From positions 59,396,001-59,460,000 of the forward strand of contig OX638153.1 in NCBI GenBank assembly GCA_951804945.1: a stretch of 64,000 bases of DNA, in the 5' to 3' direction. Below are positions 13,901 through 24,085 of this stretch, in pieces (position 1 is the first letter of the stretch; the number at the start of each line of letters is the position of its first letter). Below the pieces are notes generated by a model that worked only from the letters and a program-made list of their open reading frames with translations, did no database searches and was not told where the DNA came from. The translations under genes were made by a program, and so were the position numbers. Origin of the DNA: Podarcis cretensis. Its lineage: Eukaryota.

Positions 13901-16900
13901 GCTGAATAGAGAGGCTTGGAGGGCCACATTTGGTCCCCGGGGCCTGAGGCTTATTATCCTTGCTGTAGATACCAGCACAACATGTATAAATCAAGTCAGG
14001 TGGGGCTGACCAGATAGCACATCATTTAGCAATCAATCAAGTACAACCTGGAGATAGTCCTTCAGCATGGTCTCTGTTTGAGGGATGCACTCACCTGTCA
14101 TATTAGACATCAGACCCTACAGAGGGCAAGACCTTATAACTGGCCAAAGTTTGGTATTGAGATCCTAATCAAAATATTTAACAAAAAGACCAACAATTTA
14201 ACTTACATTCCAAATTACTAAGCATGTATGAAAATAATCTAGAACAGATTTGAGGTAGAGATTGCATCATCTTCTGAGACGTGACATTCTGTGCCAGGTT
14301 TCTCTCTATGCAAAGAGAGCAAATTCCTGTTTTATGAGGGGGTTCAGTTGGACTCAACAAATATAATTATCTGTTTTCTTAGAGGTGAAGTATTATGAAA
14401 AATTTGTTGCAAGTCAAACATTTAAAGACACACAGGAAGAAAGGCTGTCACATGAATTTAACCAAATTATCTCTTATGCACTTGAATGCCATGATGCAGT
14501 GGGATATTTTTACGAAGATTACCCGAAAGCCACCCGTGTAGGTAATACCCTGCTGCAGTGCCAGCCTAGGGGTGAGTTGTAACTGGACAGTAGGTTCTTA
14601 ATTGGAGCAATTAAGTTGGCAAAATCACTCCAAAAGCAGCAAAGCATGGAGAAGTACCGCTTTCTCCAGCCACTTGGTGAGTTGGCTGCCAAGTGCAGTC
14701 TGATTCCAGTGCTGCTCGGTAGACTACCCTGCAGTTTGACGTGCTTAACAAGCCGAGGACAAGATGGAGCAGTTCAGCTCAAGCAGCTGGGAATGATTGT
14801 CGACTGACCTCCCACTTGCAGCACATTCTGCTGTCTTATACATGTCAGCCCACTAAGTACATTGTGTCCAAAACACATTGTAATCTAATTAGATCCAACT
14901 TCTCTCTACTTGCTTAATGCAGTGTCTTCACCCAATAAAACTGATCACTCCACAGAATAGCTATGCCAGTTATTCACCCTTCCCTCCCGTGTGTCCCAGT
15001 CATGATCTAAATATTAAAGAAAATCCACTGAACTAAATTTGACTGTCATTCATGCAATACCTATTTGTGGGGTTTCAAATCTAAACTTCTAGGAAATCTG
15101 ATAGCCCCTATTACTTAATAAACACAGAAAGTCAGATTGCTTACACAAGTGCAGAAAGCTTCTGATGAGGCATTGGGAAGCAGAGACACAGTGAGAAGAA
15201 CTTGCTCCTTGTTTTCAGAAACGGATCTGCCTGCTCCAGCACAGCCTATGCAAATTCCATGCACACTAAACAACACAAAGACTCATTTATTAGCCCTCTT
15301 GGCACAAATGCATCAACCTTGATATGGAGCCAAAGCAGAACTCAGGCTAACCAACTTCTTCTCCACTTTTCCTACCCCACAGAAAGTGACAGATGGAACG
15401 CTAGGCATGTCACCTGCATCAGACTTGAACACTGAATGGAGAAAAGTGTCCTTGTCATATTCATTGACAGACTCTGCCCATGATTTTAAACAATTACTTT
15501 TAAGATTTCTTCAATTTTAAGCAAACCCTCACAATAGTTTAGACATCGCAGTTGAAAATAGCTCTTGGACTCATGCTGGTACATTCCCCTCATTCATGTC
15601 CAGTATATTATGTGTATATGCATGGTGTGTGTGTGTGTGCGCGCGCGTATTCACACAATATATAAACTCTCATCTCTACTGACTTTCCTTCCACATCTTC
15701 TGCATAAAATTCTTTTCTTTGCCTTAGTGCCTTCATGACTGTGCCTTACCTACCCTACCTGGTGGATCTGATGTCACTCACTGCTGGAGACTTCCAAAAG
15801 CTTGCAACCTTAGCACTTAACCCCAATTTTTTTTACTTCTTCCATTGACTTCACCATTCCCAGTTACTAGAAACCTTTCATGCATCATCTCCATCTAGAC
15901 TTACCACATTTCTACTTTTCTTTATGCAGACCTTTGGTTGAGTTGATATCCTCCCTCCTCTTCAATTACTATCCTGGGCTGTTATTTTGTCAATTGCATT
16001 ACTGATGAATTTTGTGGTTATATTTTTTGAGGTTTTAATACAATTGTACTCTTTTAGTTGTGATCTTTTTCTAACCTGCCCTGGTTAGAAGGGCTGGTGA
16101 AAGGCTGGCTACAAGTAAAATAAAAAAATAATTAATAAAAAGAAATCTTTTAAAAATCTCCCCTTTTCATGTTTTTCATTCCCGTGTGTAACTACATTGC
16201 ATAAGATCGCGGGACAGCCTGCCTCCATCATTTGCCCCACCCAATTTATTTTTAAATTTTATTTTAGGTACTCTCAAAAACCTAACAATCAAAAGAAAAC
16301 AATACCATAAATAATTAGAGGTTACATCCCATCTCTTCTTGTTGCCTTTTTCTCATCTGAAACCAGCCTGAAGGATCTTTTGAGTACAGCTTTCCCCTTG
16401 TTTTAATTCTTTAATCCCCCATGCATTTGGGGCATACTGTAACAAAGAAATGGGCTTGCAGTCCATTTATTGTCTTGCCCTGACGACTAAAATCCAACCC
16501 AATTTTATGATTAGAGACCTCACAGTTGGAAACAGCTCTAAACCCTCTTATTCCGTGCTACATTTTACTGGGCTTTGTAGTTTTGAAAGGTCACTTTATC
16601 AGCAACACTCCCCCGCACAAAAATATGCCTGCCTATTACAGTATTAACGCTAATGAAATGGAAATGCGAGACAGCACATACAATCAGAACCCTTCTCAGA
16701 CAGCCCAGTCATGCACAATAGAAAAAGCCCTGTACTGCAGCCATGTTAAAGGAGGAGGAGGATGTGTACAGCCCACTCCCCCAGTTTGCATAATATTAGA
16801 AAAGAGCAGTTACTGATGTTGGCAGGGGGAGCAATCTTGTTTGCTTTGCAGCTTGGATTCTCCGCTTTTATCACAATAGTATTGCAATCATCAGTGCAAT

Positions 16901-19900
16901 AACCTTCAGTGTTGCTGCTTTACCCCCTCTATTCTTTGTGTCCAATTAGAAAGCGGGTGTCCAGGAGAAGGAAGAAAAGATTATTTGGTTTTTGTTACCA
17001 AGGCTGAAGAAAAACCAAATTAGCAAGGGCAATGTTTTGCTCATGAAGGGGTTGGGGCGGGGAAGGATGAGTGACAATGACATGAATGAGAAGACTTTTG
17101 TGAATGGAATAAAATCCTCAAGGACTTTGATCTAGTGCCATAGCAAAACAAAGGGGAGCTAGGCTCAATAGAAAGACAGACTAATGGAATTATGTGATCG
17201 CTTTAACTGAAGCAACATCTAGGCTTCTTATAGTAGCATATAATATTTTTTCAGTCATGCACAAGGCTGAGCCTCTGACAGCTTCCAGAACTTTTAACTT
17301 GGTGTTTAGGACCCTGTGCTTAAGTACCTAATACTTGGAGCTGAAATATCTGAAGAGCAGCTCTAATACGTACTGACTCGCCTGGGTGTTAAGGTCTGCT
17401 GTGTAGATCCTACAGGTGGTTTGGGCCATGACAGAGTGTGGGGGGGCCTTCTTTGATGTGGCCCCCAGCTTGTGCCATGCTTTTCCTCTAAGATGCATCT
17501 GGCCGTATTATTGTAACTACATTGTCAGTGGGTCAAGACACACTTCTTTGCATAGGTCTTTGGGGGTACAGGATTAATTAAGAATATGCATTCCACTGCA
17601 GTGTTGTTACTGATGCTGCTTGCTTTGATATGCTTCAATATATGGCAAGGCATGTTACTTGTATGTAATTCAACATGGGATTACAGGGTGGAGTAGGCTA
17701 TAAAATACATATAAATATAAATAAGGTGAAGAACACCCACAAGCATTCGAGGTAAGGCCACAGTAGAAGATGATTGTTCAGTCACGGCAGGTACAGAGGG
17801 ATATTAATAAGTAGAACAGTTAATTTAACAATAAAAGGTATTGCAAGGAGCAATTGGCCTTGGGGGAAAATATTGATAAGAATTGATTAAGCACAGAACA
17901 GTGTCTGCTTAACATATAAAATATTGACAAATTGTAATCTGTGGTTTGAACCATGGTATATTTGTATCAGTGCTAGGATGCTTGTGCTATCATCAACTAC
18001 TGTTTGGAGAATGAGAAGCTAATAATTATTATTGTTCATACTTTTTGCATTTCATTTTCCTCTGATTTTAATCCTCACCAACTATGTGTACATATACCTG
18101 CAACTCAGGATAACACTTCATGCATCTGAAGGATTGCAGCCCTTTAAGGTTATGCCATAAAATAAGTGTTAAGAAAACTTTCCTCCTGTAATCTCCAACT
18201 TCCAGAGGATCAATATCAGAGCCTTGCAGCACCATATTTCAAGGAATAAAGGGATTAAAAGTGCGAAGAAAGGCCTTTTAACAGTGAAAGGTGGTCAGAA
18301 AATAAACTATGGAAGAACCAACTGCTTAATAAAACATGCCTGTTGTGGAGAAATGAATACTAAGCATTCATTTTGGCATTTCTTACAAACAGAGCAGTAG
18401 TCATGCTGTCTGTATCAAAGGCCTAAGCTAATGGATGACTTTGAAGATTACACTGTAAGATCAAACAGAATTGCTCCAACTGCAGTTCCTAAAAAAAAGA
18501 ACTGGTGCTCCCTGAAAAATACAGCAGAAAATAAACTTAACTCTACAGCAGACTCCAGCAAGCTTGAGCAAAGAAGCCATTTAACCTACAGGATGCGAAG
18601 AATAAACATGCTGAAGCCCTGAAAAAAAAATCAAAAGCTCACAAAACAAGGAGGATGTTTCTAGAATAGAAATTTTTATTTTATTACACATGGAACTTAC
18701 CACCTTTCTTCTAGTAGTGGCGCAACTACTCATAGCAAAAATAAACTATAAAAAAACTGCAAAGGACTTGATCATCTACACACCACACAATGGAAACAGA
18801 ATATGTGGACACTTGCTTTATCTGAGAAATTAACTAAGAGAACACACGACCTGAATGATACAACCAATATTTTGTTGCAATATGGCATCCCATTATAAAA
18901 TATTCAAATAAATGCCCTGATGACTGACACCCACCAATTATGCATATAGATTTATGGGAAAATTTGACACATTAGTATTCTATTCTGGGGGAGTGGGGAA
19001 CCAATTGTTTTGAAAATGTCTTCTGGAAAATCAATAAAATGTATTTTAAAAAAGAAATTTTATTCTGACTTGTTTCTTGCATAGTATTGAAATGTATCAT
19101 TCCAATAATGGTTGAAGTAGCAACAGTTGTATTATTAACCTGTTAACACATTGCATTTATTTCTTGATATACTGTATTTACATCCCACATTTTCTGCAAG
19201 GAGCTAAAGATGGCATACATACTTCTTCCTCCCCATTTTATCCTCACAACAAGTCTGAGTAGATTAGTGCTGAGAGAGGTTGACTGGCCCACAGTCACCC
19301 AGTGAGTCAAGCAGAGATATGAAGCCTGGTCTCCCAGATTCTAGTCCTACACTAACCAGTACACCACATTAGCTCTGTATGAACACTATTCCTTTGATAT
19401 TAGGGCAGAAAACCACACTTTGTACTTTAGGTGTGCACACTGGCACATGGAAAGACAGTGTGGCCTAGTGGCTAGTGCCAGACTAGAACCTAGGAAACTA
19501 AGGGTTCAATTCCTCACTCGGCCATTAAGCTCTCTGGGTGACATTGTCCAGTCACTGTCTCTCAGCACTAACCTACTTATGGGCTTCTTTTGAGGATAAA
19601 ATGAGGAAGGGGAAGAACCATGTACATCACCCTGAGCTCCTTGGAGAAAAAACTGGTACTGTATATAAATGCAATAAATAAAATAAATATCTAGAAGAAC
19701 CACATGTCAACTAGACTGGAACATTGACATCCTCTGTATCTCTCCTTCATCCCACCCAACAACCACCCCAAAACCTTTCCCAGTTCCGAATCACTAGGAT
19801 TTCCCTTCATAAGAACATAAGACGAGCCCGCTGGATCTAGTCCAGCAACCTGTTCTCACAGTGGGAAACCACCGTGAGCCCACTCTCCCCTCCTGAAGTT

Positions 19901-20622
19901 TCCAGCAACTGCTATTTGGAACCACTGCTGCCTCCAGCTGTGGAGGTATTGCACAACCACATCTTGGCTGGCAGTCATTGACAGCTCTCTCCTCCATGAA
20001 TTTGTCTAATCCTCTTTTCGAGCCGTCCAGGTTAGTGTCAATCACTGCCTCCTGGCAGGGCGAGTTCCATAATTTAACCAATTATGACCTCGTCTTTCAT
20101 CTGTCCTATGTCTTCCAGCATTCAGCTGTATTGGATGCCGCTCGTCCTAGTGTTATGAGAGAAGGAGAAAACCTTCCTCTATCTGTTATGCCACGCGTGA
20201 TGTTATCAGATTCTTCTGTCATGTCGCCCCTTACTCACTCCCAGACTTCCTCCTCGCCCAGGCGCGTCCAGAGGGAGAAGGGAGATCCGCCTCCTTCGCC
20301 CTCCTCAGCCCCTGGGCAAAGAGCAAGAGCAGACGGGATGGGCTTCAGAGCATTGCACCTCCGCTCTATGAAACAGGATGCCCTAGAGGCAGGACCACAG
20401 GCCTCACGTCCCAAGGCCACACAAATGATTGAGGCACCACAGCGAAAGGCTCGTATACCCTATGCCTTGTTTCTGCCTCAACCCCGCCCTCACCTGACCC
20501 ACTTCAGCTTCTCAAAGTCTTCTGGCCACGCTACCTCGGCCCGCCCGGCGGACACAGCAACCGACCTACCTGCCCACTCGTTTCTCTCCTCCTCTCCCTC
20601 TCAGAGCCGACTCCGCCGCCAT
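4925..20622 (-). CDS. ARHGAP19: Rho GTPase-activating protein 19, spliced gene span (11 coding exons, 1425 nt, 474 aa)
   Basis: Joined exons read MAAESALRG...SDAICSLVICND...EKLRHEKPE...EGLFRVPGNS (arginine finger)...LKMFLGELPEPLLT...KMSAHNLALMF...RARTRSFSGLIKRKVLG. All introns are GT-AG with continuous phase, and exon sizes 81/210/227/87/66/192/99/111 match the recalled human gene. Confidence 0.95.
6586..6696 (-). CDS. ARHGAP19: ARHGAP19 exon 10 (KEN motif)
   Basis: RKVLGSQ...GSKENVSM; 111 nt. Confidence 0.9.
6926..7024 (-). CDS. ARHGAP19: ARHGAP19 exon 9
   Basis: FQKHPEALTP...QKRARTRSFSGLIK; 99 nt. Confidence 0.92.
7153..7344 (-). CDS. ARHGAP19: ARHGAP19 exon 8
   Basis: DDLDL...HTEEALKELF...SAKKKKLIQQ; 192 nt. 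Confidence 0.94.
7826..7891 (-). CDS. ARHGAP19: ARHGAP19 exon 7
   Basis: APSYIRECARLHYLDSRTHASK; AAG acceptor; 66 nt. Confidence 0.93.
8598..8684 (-). CDS. ARHGAP19: ARHGAP19 exon 6
   Basis: VTASDLQENIPKLNNGMAFMIKHSQKLFK; 87 nt. Confidence 0.95.
8868..9094 (-). CDS. ARHGAP19: ARHGAP19 exon 5
   Basis: DLMLLDDKGNK...LWPRN; 227 nt. Confidence 0.96.
9398..9607 (-). CDS. ARHGAP19: ARHGAP19 exon 4 (RhoGAP arginine finger)
   Basis: NLRVEGLFRVPGNS...HLKIS; 210 nt. Confidence 0.96.
9930..10010 (-). CDS. ARHGAP19: ARHGAP19 exon 3
   Basis: EKGVVFGAPLTEEGIAQISQLIEYLHK; 81 nt. Confidence 0.95.
12474..12610. mobile_element. hAT-like MITE, same family
   Basis: Terminal inverted repeats gggtggagaacctgtggcc / ggccacaggtttcccaccc. 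Confidence 0.7.
12675..12925 (-). mobile_element. tRNA-derived squamate SINE (Squam3/L2-tail-like), young copy
   Basis: tRNA-like head at right end (gccagtgtggtataatggttaagag on -), (CTT)n tail at left. Confidence 0.75.
13287..13543 (-). CDS. ARHGAP19: ARHGAP19 exon 2
   Basis: DAICSLVICND...SLKRK; ctag| acceptor, |gtgag donor. Confidence 0.95.
19170..19378 (-). mobile_element. Older SINE of related family
   Basis: tatcctcacaacaa...gactggcccacagtcacccagtgag...tacaccaca. Confidence 0.65.
19450..19690 (+). mobile_element. Older SINE of related family, opposite orientation
   Basis: cagtgtggcctagtggctag...gggttcaattcctcactcggcc...A-rich tail. Confidence 0.65.
19810..20260 (-). mobile_element. 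CR1 LINE 3' fragment
   Basis: - strand VKLWNSPCQEAVIDTNLDGSKRGLDKFME resembles the CR1 ORF2 C-terminus; cttatgttcttat tail. Confidence 0.8.
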
Positions 20623-20800
20623 CTCATATCTGCCGCCTTGCCTTCCGATTGGTCGCTTCAACTGCAAAAAGCCTATTGGCTGTTTGCAAAATAGTCCCAC
20701 CCGCCGCCGCCTCGTGGCCGCGCAGCCATTGGCCTGTTCGAACACGGCAAACGCCTAACGACCATCAGGCCTGGAAGCGCCGTTGAAAACTGAGGAGAGG
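20200..20800 (-). promoter_or_regulatory. ARHGAP19 CpG-island promoter
   Basis: CpG-rich; CCAAT boxes (ATTGG on +) at 20648, 20675, 20728; TTCGAA at 20737. Confidence 0.75.
20570..20622 (-). CDS. ARHGAP19: ARHGAP19 exon 1 (MAAESALRGRGGEKRVG)
   Basis: ATG in CpG island, AG|gtaggt donor, phase 2 fits exon 2. Confidence 0.8.
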
Positions 20801-21819
20801 GGAGGAGAAATACCCCACAAAGACAAGAGGGCGGGGAGAGCAAACCCAGAATGGGGCTTTAAGCTTTCTGGGGCTTGTAGTCTTCTCGGCGACATTTCCA
20901 ACACCTTCTTGACAGCTACAGTGTTATGCTGTGACCTAGTAGGCGAAAGGAAGCGCTTTCAGCCCTTACAAGCAACAGCTCTCTCCCCCTGTCCCTCGTA
21001 TATTTCCTGCGCCCTTAACGAAATAGGTAGTAGTTGTCGCCATGGCAGGGAGATGCAGAGCTGGTGTGGCAAAAGGTCCACTTGTGTGTGAGCTCTCTGC
21101 CCTTCCAAGTTGGTAGGTGTCCTAATAAGGTTGCCAACTAATCATTAAAATAAGCAGGTCAGGACTGCTCTTGCACCTTCCCTAGTAAGTTGAGACACAG
21201 GAATAGGCTGAGAAAGCACAGCTACAGGGACCAGTTCAACAAATTAGTATTCTACCAGAGTTATGGTCTTTCCCCCAAAAGCTGAACATATTTTAAAACT
21301 CTGTGCAGTGCAAACCTAGTGCTACTTGCACTATAAAAAGGGATAGAGGTTCCCCGCCCCCAAGGTATTACAACTCCACATCAGCTAGCTATAACAAAAT
21401 AGCACAAATTAATTTGATTTCAAATGCCTGGGGAAGGGAAAATTTGTTTTTGTTGAATGCATTTGCACAGGATGTAACTGTTAAATGTCAAAAAAATTTC
21501 TATGTGCTGCTAGTCAAGGCCTACTGAAGACTCATCTTTTACCCAAATATTAGAATTAAAATAGTGTAAACTGATGTGCTTGTTTCTGTAATGCCACTGG
21601 AACTATTCCAGTTAGTAGTTTTATCTTTATAGTATAGCTTTCAGGATTAAATCTTCATAAAATCATAGAATTATAGAGTTGGAAGGAACCCAGAGAATTA
21701 TCTAGTTCAACCCCCTGCAATACAGAGATCTCAATTAAAGCACCCATTACAAGCATCTATAAAAGGAGGAATTCTCTCCTCAGCCCTCACACCAAATCTG
21801 CCTGGCTCTGTATTGTCTC

Positions 21820-22330
21820 AAATACAAATGTAGCCCTTCACGGCCTAGGACCCTCGTACCTACGGGACCGCCTCTCCTGGTATGCCCCACGGAGAGCCTC
21901 AAGGTCCATAAATAATAACACCCTAGTGGTCCCAGGCCCTAAGGAAGTTAGATTGCCTTCAACCAGAGCCAGGGCCTTTTCAACTCTGGCTCCAGCCTGG
22001 TGGAACGCTCTGCCTCATGAGACCAGGGCCCTGCAGGATCTGATTTCTTTCTGCAGGGCCTGTAAGACAGAGTTGTTCCGCCTGGCCTTTGGCTTGGAGC
22101 CAATTTGATTCCCTCCCTCCCTCCCTCTCTTTCTTTTTTCTTTTCCTTCTCCTCCTGCGATGAGGCTACATTTTAATATTTTAATGTTCCATTATTTTAA
22201 TGTTGTATTTTATTTTTGTTTTTAAGTTGTAATCATTCATCTTGTTTTTACTATTGCTTGTAAGCCGCTCTGAGCCCGGCCTTGGCTGGGGAGGGCGGGA
22301 TATAAATAAAAAATTATTATTATTATTATT
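21820..22330 (+). mobile_element. L2 LINE 3' fragment
   Basis: RAFSTLAPAWWNALP...FCRACKTELF resembles the L2 ORF2 end; (ATT)n tail. Confidence 0.8.
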
Positions 22331-22544
22331 AAATGAAATGTCACTGTTGCAAGCTAGATATTAAATGGCAACCCCATCCCTGACTCACATGCATAAAAAA
22401 ATAGTTTGATGCATTGTGGCTTTTGTAGATCTTGTCAACCTTTGAAATAAGAAAGGGTTGGGTGATTATTGCTCTGGTTAGTGACTCATGAACTGCCATG
22501 CAAACTTTTGCTGAGGTTTTTTTTTCCTGACATCTGCCTTACCA

Positions 22545-22799
22545 GTGTACTCATGGTCCACCCTCAGCTTGTAGATAAGGAGATAATGGCTCCTGTTGCT
22601 TTGTCCCTGCTGCTGCCAATCCAGCAGTTCGAAAGCATACCAGCTTGAGTACATAAATAGGTACCGCTGTGGTCATGCTGGCCACATCACCCAGAAAAGC
22701 TGTCTGCGGACAAACGCTTGCTCTCTTGTCCCAAAAGAGATGAGTATCTAATTTGACTGGACTCAACCATCCAGGGATACTTTACCTTACCTTTACCTA
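22545..22799 (+). mobile_element. Sauria SINE, degraded
   Basis: agcagttcgaaagca...taaataggtaccgct core; acctt(t) repeat tail. Confidence 0.75.
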
Positions 22800-23050
22800 A
22801 TCAATGAAGGAAGTTAAGGATGCTCTGTGCTTTGTTAATTAATAAGACATGTGAGCAGCGGGGGGGGGGGGGGAATTCAACTCACTGTGTGAAGGGATGT
22901 GTGTTGTTGCTGCCTGAGCAACTGGGACTGATTGCAGGAACTATGGAATGATTTTGCATATGTGTGGGGTGGGCATTCTCTTCGTTGTGGATTCATTGGC
23001 TCTGTCCCTGTGCATGTGTTCTGACTGGTACACTCCTTGACAGGGATGTA

Positions 23051-23361
23051 CAGTGGTGCCCCGCAAGACGAACGCCTCGCAAGACGGAAAACCCGCTAGA
23101 CGAAAGGGTTTTCCGTTTTGGAGGCGCTTCACAAAACGAATTTCCCTATGGGCTTGCTTCGCAAGATGAAAATGTCTTGCGAGTTCCTGCGGGTTTTTTT
23201 TCCTCCCCCCCCTTTTCTAAGCCGCTAAGCCGCTAAAAGCCGCTAAGCCGCTAAAAGCGCTAATCCGCTAAGCCGTCAATGGGCTTGCTTTGCAAGACGA
23301 AAAAACCGCTAGACGAAGAGAATCGCGGAACGGATTCTTTTCGTCTTGCGAGGCACCACTC
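23051..23361. mobile_element. Tc1/mariner-type MITE
   Basis: TA flanks; TIR cagtggtgccccgcaagacgaa / ttcgtcttgcgaggcaccact; internal (aagccgcta)n. Confidence 0.85.
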
Positions 23362-23649
23362 TATGTAAGCAAGAGAACATATAAAATGGGCACATGGAAT
23401 TTGGTTCAGAATTTCTCATAGCTTTCTGCCTCTGACTATAATACTACTATTTTCTAATTTTCACAAGTACCAACCAGTCACATTCCTCATAGAATAAATC
23501 CTGAAATGCAGAGAAATGTTAAACTTCCTAGAAAGTTTAGCATAGTTCCCAAAAGCACAACTATGTTGCTAGTTCTGGCAGTTTTCAAGCCGGAAAAAGT
23601 ATACAGATGGGGACAGCAACTTTTACACAACCAACTTCCATTGGTTACA

Positions 23650-23655
23650 TTTATT
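23650..23655 (-). terminator. Candidate RRP12 polyadenylation signal AATAAA
   Basis: AATAAA on the - strand about 330 nt after the stop. Confidence 0.6.
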
Positions 23656-23982
23656 GCTCAGAAGTTCATTACACTTCTCTCTCTTGCACAAAGTTCAAGG
23701 CTAGACGAAGCACACATAGTTGTGCAAAAAAACATGGCAGTAGCATCTGGTGAGAAGAGCCCTACTGCGTAGCTCCATAAATAGTAGAAGGGAGTCTGGG
23801 CTAGAATATACATCTTCACCCTTTTTTGGCTGAGTAAAGTATAAACTGCAACTTGTGGAATTAGTGATCTCATTCCACTTCCAAAGAGCAGCTCAGGTTG
23901 TGAGGTGGCAGCAACCAGATCCAGAGTCAGGTTGCCTTGAAAGGAACTGCACCCCAGAGAGTTTCAAGGGGACCTGTCTTTT

Positions 23983-24085
23983 TCAGACATGGGGCTGCTT
24001 CTTACGATGCCTCTTTCCTGCCTGGGCACCACGTTGGGCCCCCTTCATCAGGCCCTTATACTGTCCTTGAAGTTTTGCGCTTTTC
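23983..24085 (-). CDS. RRP12: RRP12 exon 34 (last coding)
   Basis: [23 protein letters not shown]...PHV*. Confidence 0.94.

Noticed and set aside
15625-15647. (TG)n(CG)n potential Z-DNA tract
   Set aside because: Short ordinary microsatellite deep in an intron
19978-20694. 238-aa + strand ORF, considered as a FRAT candidate
   Set aside because: Antisense CR1 plus GC-rich promoter DNA; TTG start; no FRAT motifs
23219-23275. Short direct-repeat array (aagccgcta)n resembling CRISPR
   Set aside because: No unique spacers; internal to a MITE in a eukaryotic genome
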